From the NCBI GenBank assembly GCA_008632985.1, contig QPGO01000124.1:62001-126000 (forward strand): a stretch of DNA of 64,000 bases, given 5' to 3'. Positions 14,005 through 26,164 of the stretch are shown here, piece after piece (within the stretch, counting starts at the first letter, position 1; every line of letters starts with the position of its first letter). Both the position numbers and the translations under genes were made by a program. A model generated the notes under the pieces. The model worked only from the letters and a program-made list of their open reading frames with translations, was not told the origin of the DNA and made no database searches. This stretch comes from Psammoneis japonica (lineage: Eukaryota).

Positions 14005-14427
14005 TTTTCCCGTGCTTTCCCGTGTAATAATCAGCAATCACGACTGAAATTTTCGATTGGCTCGTTTGTAGAGTTTTGGAACGTTATTATGGCTATTATG
14101 ATACCAAAAGTGACTGATGTCAATAAGAGAAGCTCTCGCGTCTCTATGCATGTATCTACCATGCCAACTGACTCTCCAGTTGTAGAGAACGATTAATGGT
14201 ATCTTTTTCACTTTTCCCGTACTTCACCGTGCAATCACGACTGAAAATACTCGATGACTCGTTTCTAGTTTTGGAATATTATTGCGGCTATTATGATACC
14301 TAAATGACCGGAATCAATGATAGAATCTCTCACGTCTCTAATAATGTATCTACCACTGCAGCTGTTGCTCCAGTTGTAAAGAACGATTAATAGTATCTTT
14401 CTTGGTTTTCCCATACTTCACCGTGTA
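14005..14427 (+). repeat. Tandem duplication, ~197-bp unit, ~2.1 copies
   Basis: gcaatcacgactgaaa at 14034 and 14231; a ttttccc...ccgtg motif at ~14005, ~14212 and ~14406. Confidence 0.85.
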
Positions 14428-14721
14428 AAAAACATCTGCCGAGTGCCAACGCACGCCCATCTCAGGGTGAAACTAAGCTCTCATTTCAAAGAACAATGAG
14501 CTCTATCCTTTTATTCTTTCGACTTGTCTATAGTATGTCTAGGATTCCCTGTCACCCTTGGGAGCAATAATCGGATTCGTCCCATTCATTATCTTCTAGG
14601 TGCGACTCCGCATCACTCTCCTCAGCGTCACCGGTCGCGCTCTCCTGCGTTTCATCAAGATCCATTTGAATCATCTGTGACAATGCACCAGGTACCACAA
14701 AAAGAAGAACCAATATTTTTC

Positions 14722-14790
14722 TGAATTGGTAATGAACTTCTCGAAATGTTTGAATATTTATCTGAAGTGGTAATGAACTTCTCGAAATGT
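14722..14790 (+). repeat. Short tandem duplication, ~41-bp period
   Basis: tggtaatgaacttctcgaaatgttt occurs twice. Confidence 0.85.
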
Positions 14791-15091
14791 TTATTGAAAT
14801 AATGCTGATCAAAAATGGACACGCGATTGAATCCATCACGAACAGTTGTTATACTTGAAAATTCCTTCTCAGAGAGATGGCAATCATTGTAGAAGAACAG
14901 ATGTTAGCCCCCATCAAAATTGATCATCCTCCTTCAAGATACGCCTTGTTAATATCTGGGATGATTTGAGGCGGGACAACACGCCAATCGATCCGACATT
15001 GTCGTGTATACGTGACCTCGCATGACATAAATCGGAGCCATGGTTGCATTATTCAGATTTGCAGTAGCAGCAGTAGTAGGAGTTCCAACTT

Positions 15092-15425
15092 TCGAATCGA
15101 CATTTATGTCAATTACGTTCGCCCCATCCTCGACTTGCTTCTTCGATGTGTCCGTGGCTGTTCCATAGTCACCCGCCATCATGAGCTTTTAGATACGAGT
15201 CGATCCGGAAATATTGTAACTCTCAGTCACGTTCAAAAATGGTAAGCCAAGCGGTTATGAATATCAAAACAAAACCAAATCCTTGACACCAGAAAGCCAA
15301 ATCTTAGCGAGGACAATGTCTGGCAGCTTTCTTGGCTTGTCCTGCTCCCACATTTCGTGAATGGCCTTGATGTGGGGTGGAGTGGATCCACAGCAACCAC
15401 CAACCATGTTCAACCACCCATTGCT
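15092..15425 (-). pseudogene. METH: Internal fragment of cobalamin-dependent methionine synthase (Hcy-binding/pterin-binding junction)
   Basis: Manual translation NGWLNMVGGCCGSTPPHIKAI...KPRKLPD...WLSG...LGLPFLNVTESYNISGS..*KLMMAGDYGTATDTSKKQVEDGANVIDINVD contains the GGCCG Zn motif and the QVE.GA.VIDINVD motif, with in-frame stops. Confidence 0.85.
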
Positions 15426-15704
15426 CTCCACAATATGCCTCTCTGTGGAGCTCTTTCTATTATTATGGCCGAAGACACAGTGTTGGAATACTTGTTGCTT
15501 GTTGTGAACACGGAATTGACAGCTCTCAAAATCTCAGAGTCTCACAGCCCAAAAATCCTTTCCTCAGAGCTTTCACCATATTTTCAAGTTGTTTGCTGAT
15601 AGATAATAAAGTCTCTGTGGTCTTTATTTCCAGAATACGACAAGCCTCTTTCTCGTGAAGGTGCCATTTGTATCGGCATGTTGTTCAGACGAGCGCTGAG
15701 GACA

Positions 15705-16030
15705 TTCTCAGACATTTCAAAATTGTTCGATGCGATTGCTGCCAAAAGTTATACTTCGGTGCACCCCGCCTAACTTGATGACGGCGGACACGATGGTGTC
15801 AAAAGTACAATATTTTATGATGATCCTGAGGGTAGGAGAGCGATTTAGTACGAAACGGGTATGCATGTTGGTCAGGCGTCGACGTTTCAAAATTATTCGA
15901 TGAGATTGCCGTCAAAAGTTGTACATCGGTGCACCCCGCCTAATTCGATGACGGCGGACACGATGGTATCAAAAGTACAACTTTTTATGAGGATCCTGAG
16001 GGTACGAGAGCGCTTTGGTAAGAAACGGTG
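15705..16030 (+). repeat. Tandem duplication, ~170-bp unit, 2 copies
   Basis: gcaccccgcctaa at 15761 and 15931, with matching flanks (gacggcggacacgatgg...gatcctgagggta). Confidence 0.85.
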
Positions 16031-19000
16031 GGTTGATTTGGCTGTCGCTTAGCGAAGGCTGTGGAGGGAGTTGGAAGCTCGGCCTTGACACTTTTTTTTT
16101 TCTCACGACGTTGACGACCGCCAAGGTCCATTTGGGCAACGAGGTTGATTTTTCTAAAAAAATAGCACCTACGTGATTTCTACGGCGTCCCCACCCATAG
16201 CAGCACAATGGCGTGTTTTCACGGCGCCGCACTACGCCGTTACGACAAAGATTTGGCTCACGACAAGTTGGGAATGTGTTATATATAATACGACGTATGT
16301 GACCATTGCTTGAAATGTTGCCATATGGTTGACAACCATCACGAGTAGCGCAGTCAACAATGATGTGCTCTGCCGGTGTGATTGAAGGTCCACATTTCTG
16401 CTTGCACGCCACATTGCTTCAATCGAAGTTGTTGCAGCTCGGTTTGAGCGATACATTGTCGAGTAAAATCTTTAGTCATTGACGAACTCAAGCTCAATTC
16501 ATTGTTGATGCCTTTGTTTGGCTTGTGGCAGCAAGCACTTGTCATTGAATGCACTGTCTGTTTTGAGTTGATTGTCTCAACTAGATCAAGGAGTTCCTGA
16601 TGGTGGATGTGAGGCGGCAATGGAGGATCTGCTGAGTTCCCATCAGTTGGCCTCCTCCTGCCGGCATGTGTTCGTCCTTTTAGGTGCAATCTTTTGATCC
16701 GACTGATTGTTTCTTCTTGTGTTTTGTTTTCGCACAGTTGGCCCTCATGCGCACCTCACAAGACTTCTTCCCCGCGGACTTCACTCCTCCCTCTTATGCT
16801 GGACTGTTCATCCGTTTGGCATGGCATTGCTCCGGATCCTGCCGCAACTCCAACGGTCGTGGCGGATGCGACGGTGGTCGCATTCGCTTCGACCCCGAGT
16901 TAACGTGGGAAGATGACGCAAACCTCAATCAAGCTCTCAAGCTCCTCGAACCCATTGAGGAGGAGTGCGGATCAACTCTTTCATGGGGCGACCTCATCAT
17001 TCTATCTGGCAACGCTGCCTTTCAGTCCACTGGGGCAACTCTGCTTGGTTTCTGTGGGGGGCGCATCGATGACGAAAATGGCAATGCCAGTTTGACTCTT
17101 GGACCGTCTGCGGAACAAGAGGCTGTGGGTCCCTGCCAGAACTTGTCGCCGTCCCGCCAGGGCGTTTGTCTGAGTGTAGACGACACGGCTCTAGGGCCCA
17201 CCACTGTGGGGTTGATCTGCGTCAACCCAGAAGGTCCAATGGGAGCCAAGGGAGATGCTGCTGCCAGTGCTGCAGACACTCGCCAAGCCTTCGGTCGCAT
17301 GGGATTTAGCGACAGTGAGACTGTGTCGCTTGTCGGTGGAGGCCACGCCATTGGCAAGTGTCATGGTGCATGTGCCGAGCCGCCCTGTGGAGCAGGAACT
17401 CCTGCCAAGGGCATTGGCAACAACACCTTTGCATCTGGTTTCGAGGGTGCATGGTCTACAACCCCTGCGACGTTTTCGAATCAACACTTCAACAACCTTT
17501 TTGATTTTGAATGGAGGCAGACGACGTCGCCACCAGGCAATCTGCAGTGGGAACCTTTCAACAGCGACGGTTCGCCAGGACCCGACATCATCATGTTGAC
17601 TGCCGATCTTGCGTTGACTGCCGATGATTCCTGCCGCACCATCGCCGAGAACTGTGCTGGCAATCAGTCCGCCTTGGACGAGGCCTTTGTGGCTTCGTGG
17701 CATCGCCTCACCACCGCAGACATGGGCCCGGCAACCCGTTGTCTGGGAAGTGTGGCACCCGATCCACAGCCATTTCAGAGGACATTGCCGCCCATGCCGG
17801 AAACCCTTCCAGACTGCGTTTGTCTCCGCTCCATGATTCAAGATGTCATTGACGACCATGACACTGTCTCTGACAAGTTCATCAACCTCGCATGTCGTTG
17901 TGCCTTCACGTTCCACTCCACAGATTGCCAGGGTGGATGCAATGGAGCCCGTGTTCGTTTTTCTCCAGAATCCGACTGGCCTGAGAATGAACTTCGGAAG
18001 CACTGGCGTCATTGGCGCCTGTCAATGAAATGCATCCGGAGGTTTCCTGCGCTGATTTGATTGCACTTGCTGCGCTTGCCTCCCTTGAAGATGAAAACGG
18101 AGATGTTGGATTGACGTTCTGTGGCGGATGCGTAGATGCCGAAAATGCCGATGGCAGTGAAGCCTTGGCGCCACGCCTCTACGATTTCACGCCACCAGAT
18201 GGACATGTTTTTAATCCCTGCGTCGTGGCGGTTCGTGACGACTTCCAGGTGAAGGGATTGTCGGCGAAGCAGGGCGTGGCTCTCGCGGCGCGCGAAAACC
18301 TCTCCAGTCAGCACTTCAAGGACCTGACGGCCGCATGTTCATCCGACTCAGATGACTTTTCAGACATTGAAAAGGCGCTTTGCTTGGATGAATTTGGACC
18401 CATTGTGGAGGAATTTTCAAATGACGAGGCTGCACTCAAAGAAAACTTTGTCTCTGGTTGGACCTGCATGATGACGGCTGACCGCTTCAAGAACAACGCT
18501 GAAATCTCCTGCGATGGTGTCGACACCCCCACGAAAGAGGACACTGGGACGACTCCATCACCCACGAGTGTGCCCTCAGGCGCTGCTGCTGCATCTGTTG
18601 CCATGACGTTCCTCTTTGGCATCATTGTTGCCGTGATGGAGTAAGGTTTTAACCTTTTTTGTTTGAAATTGGGTCTTTCCTGCTTAACCGACAGTTTGTT
18701 TGTGGACCATTCTTCATGAGATCATCCAACGTCAAACGTGAGATCATGCAACATTAGTTGTTTCTTTTGAATGAAACAAATTTTATGAACCTGTAGAATC
18801 AATCATGGCTTTGTGATGATGTTTTAGTTCACCCTGCGCTCTGCGCTAGAGCAGCTGTCTCTAGAAGCAGCCTGATGTCACAAGGTGTGCCTTGTGTTGC
18901 TGTGAAACCTTGCTCTGCAACCGCAAACAACAAGCCCACTTTTTTTGTTGTTGAGTGCAAGCATGTTGTCCACGCAACCTTTCACCATGTGTCTCCTTGT

Positions 19001-20542
19001 CACAACACCAAGAAACATTCTTTGCTGTCTTTACAACTCTCTTCAACAGGTCAGTGTGACTCATCTTCCTGCTCATGTGCTGCATGTCTCAGAGCTCAAG
19101 TGCCTGCTGCTTGATGTCTTTTCTTAAAATGAACAGTGATCATGTGCCGATGCTTTTGGCATGTGTCATGAATTTGTCCTCAGCAGACTCAACACTGATT
19201 GCATGACAGCACATTCGGTGCAGCAAATCCAGCACATGCGGAGCACCCACTGGAAAGCATCACAAGCAAACATTTTGTGCTGACATGCAAACATTCAACT
19301 TGTGCAAATCTTTAACATTTTTGGCAAAAATCATCCGTTGCATTGCAGCTCATTTTGCCCCAATGAAAAACATTGATGGCAAAAAACAACAACATTGCAG
19401 TGCTGCTGTGGGTCTTGCCATTGTTGCAAAATGTTGAGATTTGGATGTGTCCATGCTTTTGGCAGTGAAAACTTGGTCACAAGTCAGAGACCATGCAAAA
19501 GTTGCGCAAATGTCATTTGCATGCATGGCTTGATTCATGCACAGCTGGAACATGCCAGCTGCTTGCCTTTTCAAGTCAGCTTGCATGGAGCCCCTCTGCT
19601 CCATGAGTGGCTCCTTTTGGTGGTGCCACTCCCCTCCAGTCCATTGATGCTGCACAGAAGCATGGTGGCACAACATTTGCACAGGTGGCTGCAACCCAAG
19701 AGTGAAAAGTGTGGGAGATTTGCTCTGCTCATTGACATGGTGTGGGGTCGGAGGTCACACACACCTCTGGTGATGCAGAGACAACCTCCAGATGCAACCA
19801 GTTGATTGACATGTGGGTGGGCTTGTTTTTGTGTGTGTGGTGTGCACCACACTGAGCTCAAAGCCTGCCACCAGACCAAGAGTCTTGGTGTCAAATCAGC
19901 TGATCTGCAAGCAACAAAGGGGGCGCAATCATCACACATGTGTCCACAGACACTGCACATGTGTGTGGAGTTTGACGTGCTTTGTTTCTGTGGCACTTTT
20001 GTTGTTCAAAGCCATTTGTCAGCCAGCCCGGGGACCTTCAATCTTCAACTGAGAATGGGAGTTGCTTGTGCATGTGTTGGGCAGTGAGAGGTGAGTGCAT
20101 TGGTGTCTGAAGCATTGGCAGAAAACAACCTGTGGTCTGTGGTGCTGCAAGATGATGCCACAGAAGTGAAATGATTCAGGGCACAATGCAGCGGTGCAAG
20201 TCCAAGTGGAGTGCAGCGTTGTCCAGGCACTGCGCGCATGACAACAAGCTAGAACAATGGCACCATGGGTTGCACCTCTGCCGGCACAGGTGCTCTGGAG
20301 AGAGGGTGGGAGAGAGTCGTGCTCTCCTTGCAAAGGAGCCAACAAGGACGCGATGCTGATGATTCTGATCAACATCGATGGGGCGCAACTTCAAATCTGA
20401 CGGAGAAAATGCCAAAAACGATGCTCATGATCCTGTTCTGCATCCATTTTCCCAGTCACAAGATTTCTTTTACTGACGGAAAAGGACTCATCAGCAGTTG
20501 TTGCAAGATCTTTGGGTTGAAGAAAAAATGCAGCCGTCTTCA

Positions 20543-20938
20543 GACGTGTTCCAGCTCTAGGTGGGACCTCGTCCTACTGAACTGTGACACAATTATTTTT
20601 TATCATCCGTCGTATGTTTCGCACGTACATTTCTACGTGTTCCATTATAAAAAATTGTTCCACACTGCCTGTTTTGCGAAGCCAAAGGCTTTCTGTTATC
20701 TGCACTTATGTCAATAAAAATGCGCTGGGTATATTCTTTAATGTCTAAAGAACATACCCGGGCATACTGTAAAGAATGTACTTCAAGTGTGGAGGAGGAG
20801 ATGCGTTCGCAAAATTGCCTCTTTTTCTGTTGGCGATCATTCATATATCCATTGCTTAATAATTTTACTACGGAGCTCGCACGTAGAATTCTACGGGCCA
20901 AATGTCACAAAAAGTCCCACCTAGGACTGGAACCCGTC
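20543..20938. mobile_element. MITE family M1 (~390 bp, ~25-bp TIR starting GAC, 4-bp TSD), unmutated copy
   Basis: TIRs gacgtgttccagctctaggtgggac / gtcccacctaggactggaacccgtc and TSD ttca. The empty site is present in copy B at ~45905-45915. Confidence 0.85.
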
Positions 20939-20939
20939 T

Positions 20940-23550
20940 TCAACTGTTGGCTGCTGGCTGAAGCGCATTGTCAGCTGCGCCATCGCCTTGCTGCCTGTCT
21001 TCCGTCTGGCTGCTCAAGACAATGGGCATTGGAGGACTCTCGCAAATCAATTGCATGTCATTGGAGAGCTCACAAGCAAAAAGTTGCAAAGTGGCTTCGC
21101 TGGTGAGAATTGCGACCAATTTGTTGCCAGCTCTCTCTGTGCTTGATGATGACCTTGCATTCCACACAGTTCAAGTCAGGGTGTGCATTCGAGAGACAAA
21201 AGGCTCCAAACGAAAGCCACTCCCAAGGATGATTCTTGATGTGCTGTTCCACCGCAGCTGCAAACGCCTTGACCTTGTCCTTGTCCACGTCAATTGTGAA
21301 TCGAGTGACAAAATTCAGCAATGCCTGAGGGGAGCTGTTGTGGTTGATGATTCGAGAACCAGCCACAGCGAGCCGTTGGAGCATGTCGCTTCCTCGTTGG
21401 TCGTGCCAAAGTCCACGGTTGTCTTGCAGAGATCCAAGTCCTTCACAATCCATCCCAAGGAACCTGAGCCACTTACATTGTTCTGGACATCAGACACTGC
21501 CACACAATCCCCCATGTCGAAAGGCTTTTGGACTGGCGCGAAAAGAAGACCTTCAAAGTGCTTGGACGACACTCTGCCTGTCATGAACGCAAAGCCCACG
21601 ATGAAGCCTGCAATGCTCCCAAACAAGGCCGCCTGGTCAACACCAAGCATGCCCAGAACAATCCAACCCAAGACAAAGTGGGGCGCAATGTCCACCAATC
21701 TCTGAGAAGTGGCATTCATCCTGCTGTTTGCATTGAGGATCGATGCGTGGATGATGCGGAGCTCCTTGTGCATGGCATCAATCAACTTGATGAATTCAAG
21801 CATGGTCAATGCTCCGTCTTGTGTTGGACAAAAAATGCAAATCAGCTCCTTCAATTTCTGTTCGTCCAACTTGCCATCCTTTTTCAATGCCACCACTGCA
21901 AGAGTGTCAAACTTGATGAGTCCATCATGACCATCACTTGCATCCAAACAAAGAAATGATTTCTGTGATGAACCAACGCATGATTCCTGTTTGTCTGCAG
22001 CTCCAAAGTAGATCAAGAATGGGCAGTCATTGTCAACACATGTCACCGTGGTGCAAAACTGCACAATGGTGCTGATGGGCACAACGTCAATTTTTGCTGA
22101 TCAATGTTTGGTTCTTCCTGTTTGCCAAGAAGGTCTACAATCTTGACCCTTTGGCTGTGAGACAAACCACTTGAGCAAACATTGTTTGGATCGGTTTGAA
22201 ACAAGAAATGCAAAGATGAAACGCCATCATCATTGTCGTTGCTGTTGTCATCATCGTTGTCTTTTCCAAACTTCTTGAAATTCAACCAAAATGCTGTGCT
22301 TTCAATGCGGCGTTCTCATCCTTGGCAAGAGCCGCAACCTTGCCTGCAAGCACAGCCTTGTTTGTGATGCTTGCAAGATCTTTTCCATGCTGCCAATGCA
22401 CTCCAGTTCCATGGTGAAGGCTGCAAAAGAAGCGCTTCAGGCAGACAGACCCGCCAATCACCACAGCACTCACTGGAATCCTCTCCCACGATTGAGCATT
22501 TGTCACGTCGCCCAAGCTGTTGTTTTCATTGAACACTTCCATTGTCTTTTGGCAAAACAGCCAATGATTGGCAAATCAAGAGTTGCCGCAAAGCATGGCA
22601 AAAAATTGCAGGCAGCCCACGCCATTCTGAACATGAAAAAAGAAATGAGGAGACAGAATCCAATGTCAGAAGAACCAAAACACAACAGTGTGCCTTGTCG
22701 TTTCCTGCAGCAAATGGCAACTCTCTGTGTTGTGCACATCACTGCTTGCAGTTGAAACAGCCAACCTTTGAACTGAACAAGAATCAACGTGTTGAAGGAG
22801 CCCACCACATTTATGAAAAAGGGCGTTGAAATGCACAAAAAGTCAACAAGAACAACTTTGGTGGCCTTGGCCAAGGTCAGGGTGAGAAGATTTCGAACCA
22901 CCACAAAATTGATCCACCACGACACAGTTGCACCACTCGAGCCCATGGGGTTGCCCCACGCATGATGAAAGAGCACAGCAAAAGCAAGGCCCAGAAGAAT
23001 CAAATGGAGCAGAGTCAACTTGAGATGCAACCACAAGGAGTCCTGACGAAATGCAAGAAACCTTCTGATTTGCAAACTGAAGTGAGCAACCTTGGAGGAC
23101 ATTTTCTTCAACCTCACAGCATTGTCCACAAAAAGATCTGCCTGTGTTTTGAAATGATGCTTCTTTGTCTCTTCTTGTTTCTCATCTTGATTTGCTTGCG
23201 GTTCAGTCAGTTTGTCTTCTTCTTCAACAGCAGACATGGCATCACCATTGTGATTGTTTTGTCCTCCACCACCTTGGTTCATCATGGCATTGGTCAAGAA
23301 GCAAAGAGAATCCTCCACGGTTGAATTCTTTGTTTCTTCCGCTGTTGAGTTTCGGAGCGACGGTTGTTGAGGCATGCCAGCAAGGATGCCGGTCGAAACC
23401 CTGCCCTTTTCTTCATCATAATTTTGCTCCAAAGACTCAAAGACACGCGTTTCAAAAACATCTTCTCGAGGACCAAAGTCCAACACATCTTGCACAGCAA
23501 TGCCAGCGGTGGGGCTCTTGGGAAGATCATTTCATTTTGACGTGGTTCCC
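20940..23550 (-). pseudogene. MscS-family mechanosensitive channel with EF-hand-like motif, copy A, hypermutated
   Basis: Collinear with 45911-48476 but carries frameshifts, Y->H/C and R->C/W/Q changes, and an intron donor gtaagt->gcaagc at ~22749. Confidence 0.9.
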
Positions 23551-25070
23551 ATTTGCTTCGTTTTCTAACATGGACACAATGTGCTGGATGCACGATGATC
23601 TAAAATGTAAAACAACCCATGCAACAATCAAGAACTGCCCTTCATTGTCGTGGCATTGGTTGTTTTGCTCAGTTGCGCATGCACAGGGGGGAGGTTTGCA
23701 TTGCATGGGTTGAGCCGCCGATTTGTGGTTGGTGCTGATGGATCACGCTCATTTTCATTTTCTGGGGATTTTGCCAGCGGCCCATCTGCCCAGAACCAAT
23801 TGCTGTCAGACCGCACCCCATGGCTTCTGGTGCTTTTGCCAACGACGAGCGCACAACTTCAAAAATCACCAACGGCAAAAATGGCGTTCATCTCTGCGAC
23901 TCTCATTTCAAAGACGATCGGCTCCACATCGCCAACAACTCCCATCCTGTGACTGATGTGCACATGACATTACATCATGGTGAGAATGTTGATTGTGTTG
24001 AGTTGTGTTTGTGCATGGCATGGTGCAATGTCATGTTTTGATGTTTTTTGGGGATGTTGCCTGCCCTCATGTCTTGCTCACAGTCATTTGTTTCGTGTCA
24101 TGTTCCAGAACCAGGTGTTGATGTTTGATTGTTTGCAGCATTGAACCTTCATGAGTGATGTGGATTGAGTGTGCATTGTGGGGGTGTCCTGTGTGCGAAT
24201 CGTTTGTTGCACGTGCTTGCAGTTGAGCATGATCAATCTCAAATCTCGTCCTCATTAGAGTCGGTCATGCCAGAACAGCGTTGAGACGATTTTCACTTCA
24301 GCGCCATGTGAAACTCAACAAAATCATCTGGAATGACTTTTGCACAGCAATTGCGATCTATTTTGGCACATTTGAATCATTTCTTTGCGTGTCCTTGCAG
24401 TTGAGCATGACCAATCTCGCTTGTCATGCTGGAAGCTGGAGCCGCGTCATGTCGATTGTGCACAACAGCGTGACTTGGATCTCAACAAAAACAGTTGAAA
24501 TGATTTTTACGTGAACTGTCTGCATGCATTTGATTTGTTTCATTGCACTTTGGGCTCATTTGGCAACGCATCTTTGTGGTCTAGCAGATTTGCAACATGC
24601 CCATGGAAGCATCTGCCAGAAGAACTGCTGCATGGCAATTTGCACTGTTGCTCCACTTGGAACTCAACATCATTTGGAGTGACTTTTGTGGGCTGTTTTG
24701 AACAATTTCATGTGTTGGATTTGTGGGGCCGCACAAACTTTTTTGGTTCAAACTGGTGGAGCTGTGGTTTACGGTTGAAGCAAGTGGCTGGCTCACCATG
24801 ACATTCAGTGGTCTGTGCACACAATGGCTTCAAGGATGTAAAGCCCTGCTGGGCCAACACCACAATCATTTAAAAGCGCAGCTACAATGTTGATTGAGCG
24901 GTGATTTTATGTTGAAAATTGGACATGAAGGGTTGCATCGCACCCGCACTTTGTGCGCACTGCAGTGCATGACGGTGCATGGTGCTGGCAAAAAATCCCC
25001 AGAAAATAAAAATGAGTGTGACACGCGCTCTGGCACACCGTGAGACTCTTCATGATGTGCAGCGGCAAGA

Positions 25071-25460
25071 GACGCGTTCCAGCCCCAGGTGGGACTCCGT
25101 GTGACATTGGGCCCGCAGAATTCTGTGTGCGAGCTCCGCAGTGCGAGAATTTAATCAATGGACACATTTGTCTTCAACATCAAACAAACGGCCAAGTTTG
25201 TGGTGCAATTATGCCTCTCACCACTCGACGTTTTTGCAAATGCACCTGCCCCATGCAATTCTCAAGACATTGTAGAATCACGCTGTGACAAAAAATGTCA
25301 AAAGTTTTTGGACGGATCGCTCAACAAGTGTGCTGTAAAATGACACAAAATGTCAAAAAAATCATGTAGAAATCTGCGTGCACGACATGCGACGTGATTC
25401 AAAAAACTGTCGATGTCACCGTTCAGCAGTGCGAGGTCCCACCTGGACCTGGAACGTGTC
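25071..25460. mobile_element. MITE family M1, TpA-depleted copy, opposite orientation to the 20543 copy
   Basis: TIRs gacgcgttccagccccaggtgggac / gtcccacctggacctggaacgtgtc and TSD aaga (25067-25070, 25461-25464). Confidence 0.85.
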
Positions 25461-25649
25461 AAGACGAGATTGGAAAAGATGGAGGGATGGGGGAGCAGAC
25501 TGTCCTGAGATCCTTCAATTGCACGTTTTTCATTTTGCAGTTTCGCGCATGGTCATTCTCAACCGGTCGTCATTTTTTGCGAGCGACGGTTGGTGGCAAG
25601 ACGAGTGACATCCCATCGATTTGTTCACGCTGCCGCTGCACAGCGACGT

Positions 25650-26000
25650 GAACCCAGCTGAATGAAACAAGAGCTTTGTGTGGCAGGTGCACCACAAAGC
25701 ATGGTTTGACATCACAGTGTGCCAAGCACCATGCAAAGAGCTGTGCTGCTTCCTTTCCTTGATGTTTTGTTTCTGCTGTGCCCAGCTGCACATGCGAAAG
25801 AAGGTCTTGAATCACGTCGAGCCTGGCTCGGGTTGGTCTAACTGCGAATGTTGCCAGGGCTGCTTCGGTGGGTGCTGCTGCCTTCAGCTGGGTAGCATGG
25901 GCGAGTCGTCATGCCCTTGCCCCTGCATGTGCCTGGAGTCATGTATTTGCCCTGGGGCAGCTGGAAGTGCTACCTCTATGGTGATTCGTGAGCGACACAT
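25650..26000 (+). pseudogene. PLAC8-like Cys-rich protein fragment, 3'-truncated and TpA-mutated
   Basis: QAPCKELCCFLSLMFCFCCAQLHMRKKVLNHVEPGSGWSNCECCQGCFGGCCC...GESSCPCPCMCLESCICPG...VIRERH resembles algal PLAC8 proteins, with C/H where Tyr is expected. Similarity stops at ~26000. Confidence 0.6.
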
Positions 26001-26164
26001 GTTCGCGCGCACGCGCGCGCGCCCATCCATCCAACGGCCCAACTGGCCCAACGGTCATGGAACTCGCTGAATCTATCTGAATCCCTTTTTTTTTCTCGAT
26101 CGTTTTAATTCAATTGCTGTCTCGAGTCATACAACAGAAGCCAACAACGACATTGCCTACTAAC

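Larger units (their letters stand above)
13588..16582. other. ~3.0 kb TpA-normal insertion inside katG copy A exon 1
   Basis: Copy B reads ...gagcgtgcgggagatcaagg (ERAGDQG) uninterrupted, while copy A has ...gagcgtacggg[insert]agatcaagg. No clear TIR or TSD. Confidence 0.8.
13420..18644 (+). pseudogene. katG: Catalase-peroxidase (KatG-type class I peroxidase), copy A, disrupted
   Basis: Motifs LFIRLAWH, GLI(C)VNPEG, FGRMG, GGHAIGKCHG, SGFEGAW and a second degenerate domain. Exon 1 is split by a 3-kb insertion at 13588, the intron 16632-16737 donor reads ctgagt, there is a 4-nt deletion near 17990, and many Y->C/H changes. Confidence 0.88.
9017..23670 (+). repeat. Segmental duplication, copy A (catalase-peroxidase plus MscS unit)
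   Basis: Collinear direct similarity to copy B: 9017-9330/32556-32830, 9390-10800/40315-41650, 13050-13587/41720-42265, 16583-18870/42266-44510, 19130-23670/44760-48595. Confidence 0.9.

Noticed and set aside
14005..16030. CRISPR-like arrays in the tandem repeats
   Set aside because: Only two degenerate copies of long units, no unique spacers, no cas genes, and a eukaryotic context.
16575..16590. Helitron 3' end (CTAG) for the 3-kb insertion
   Set aside because: No 5' TC, no A|T target consistent with the empty site, and no clear subterminal hairpin.
16738..18644. Alternative genetic code or recoding of TGY/CAY as Tyr
   Set aside because: Neighbouring genes use TAY normally, sister copies differ at the same sites, and non-coding DNA shows the same change.
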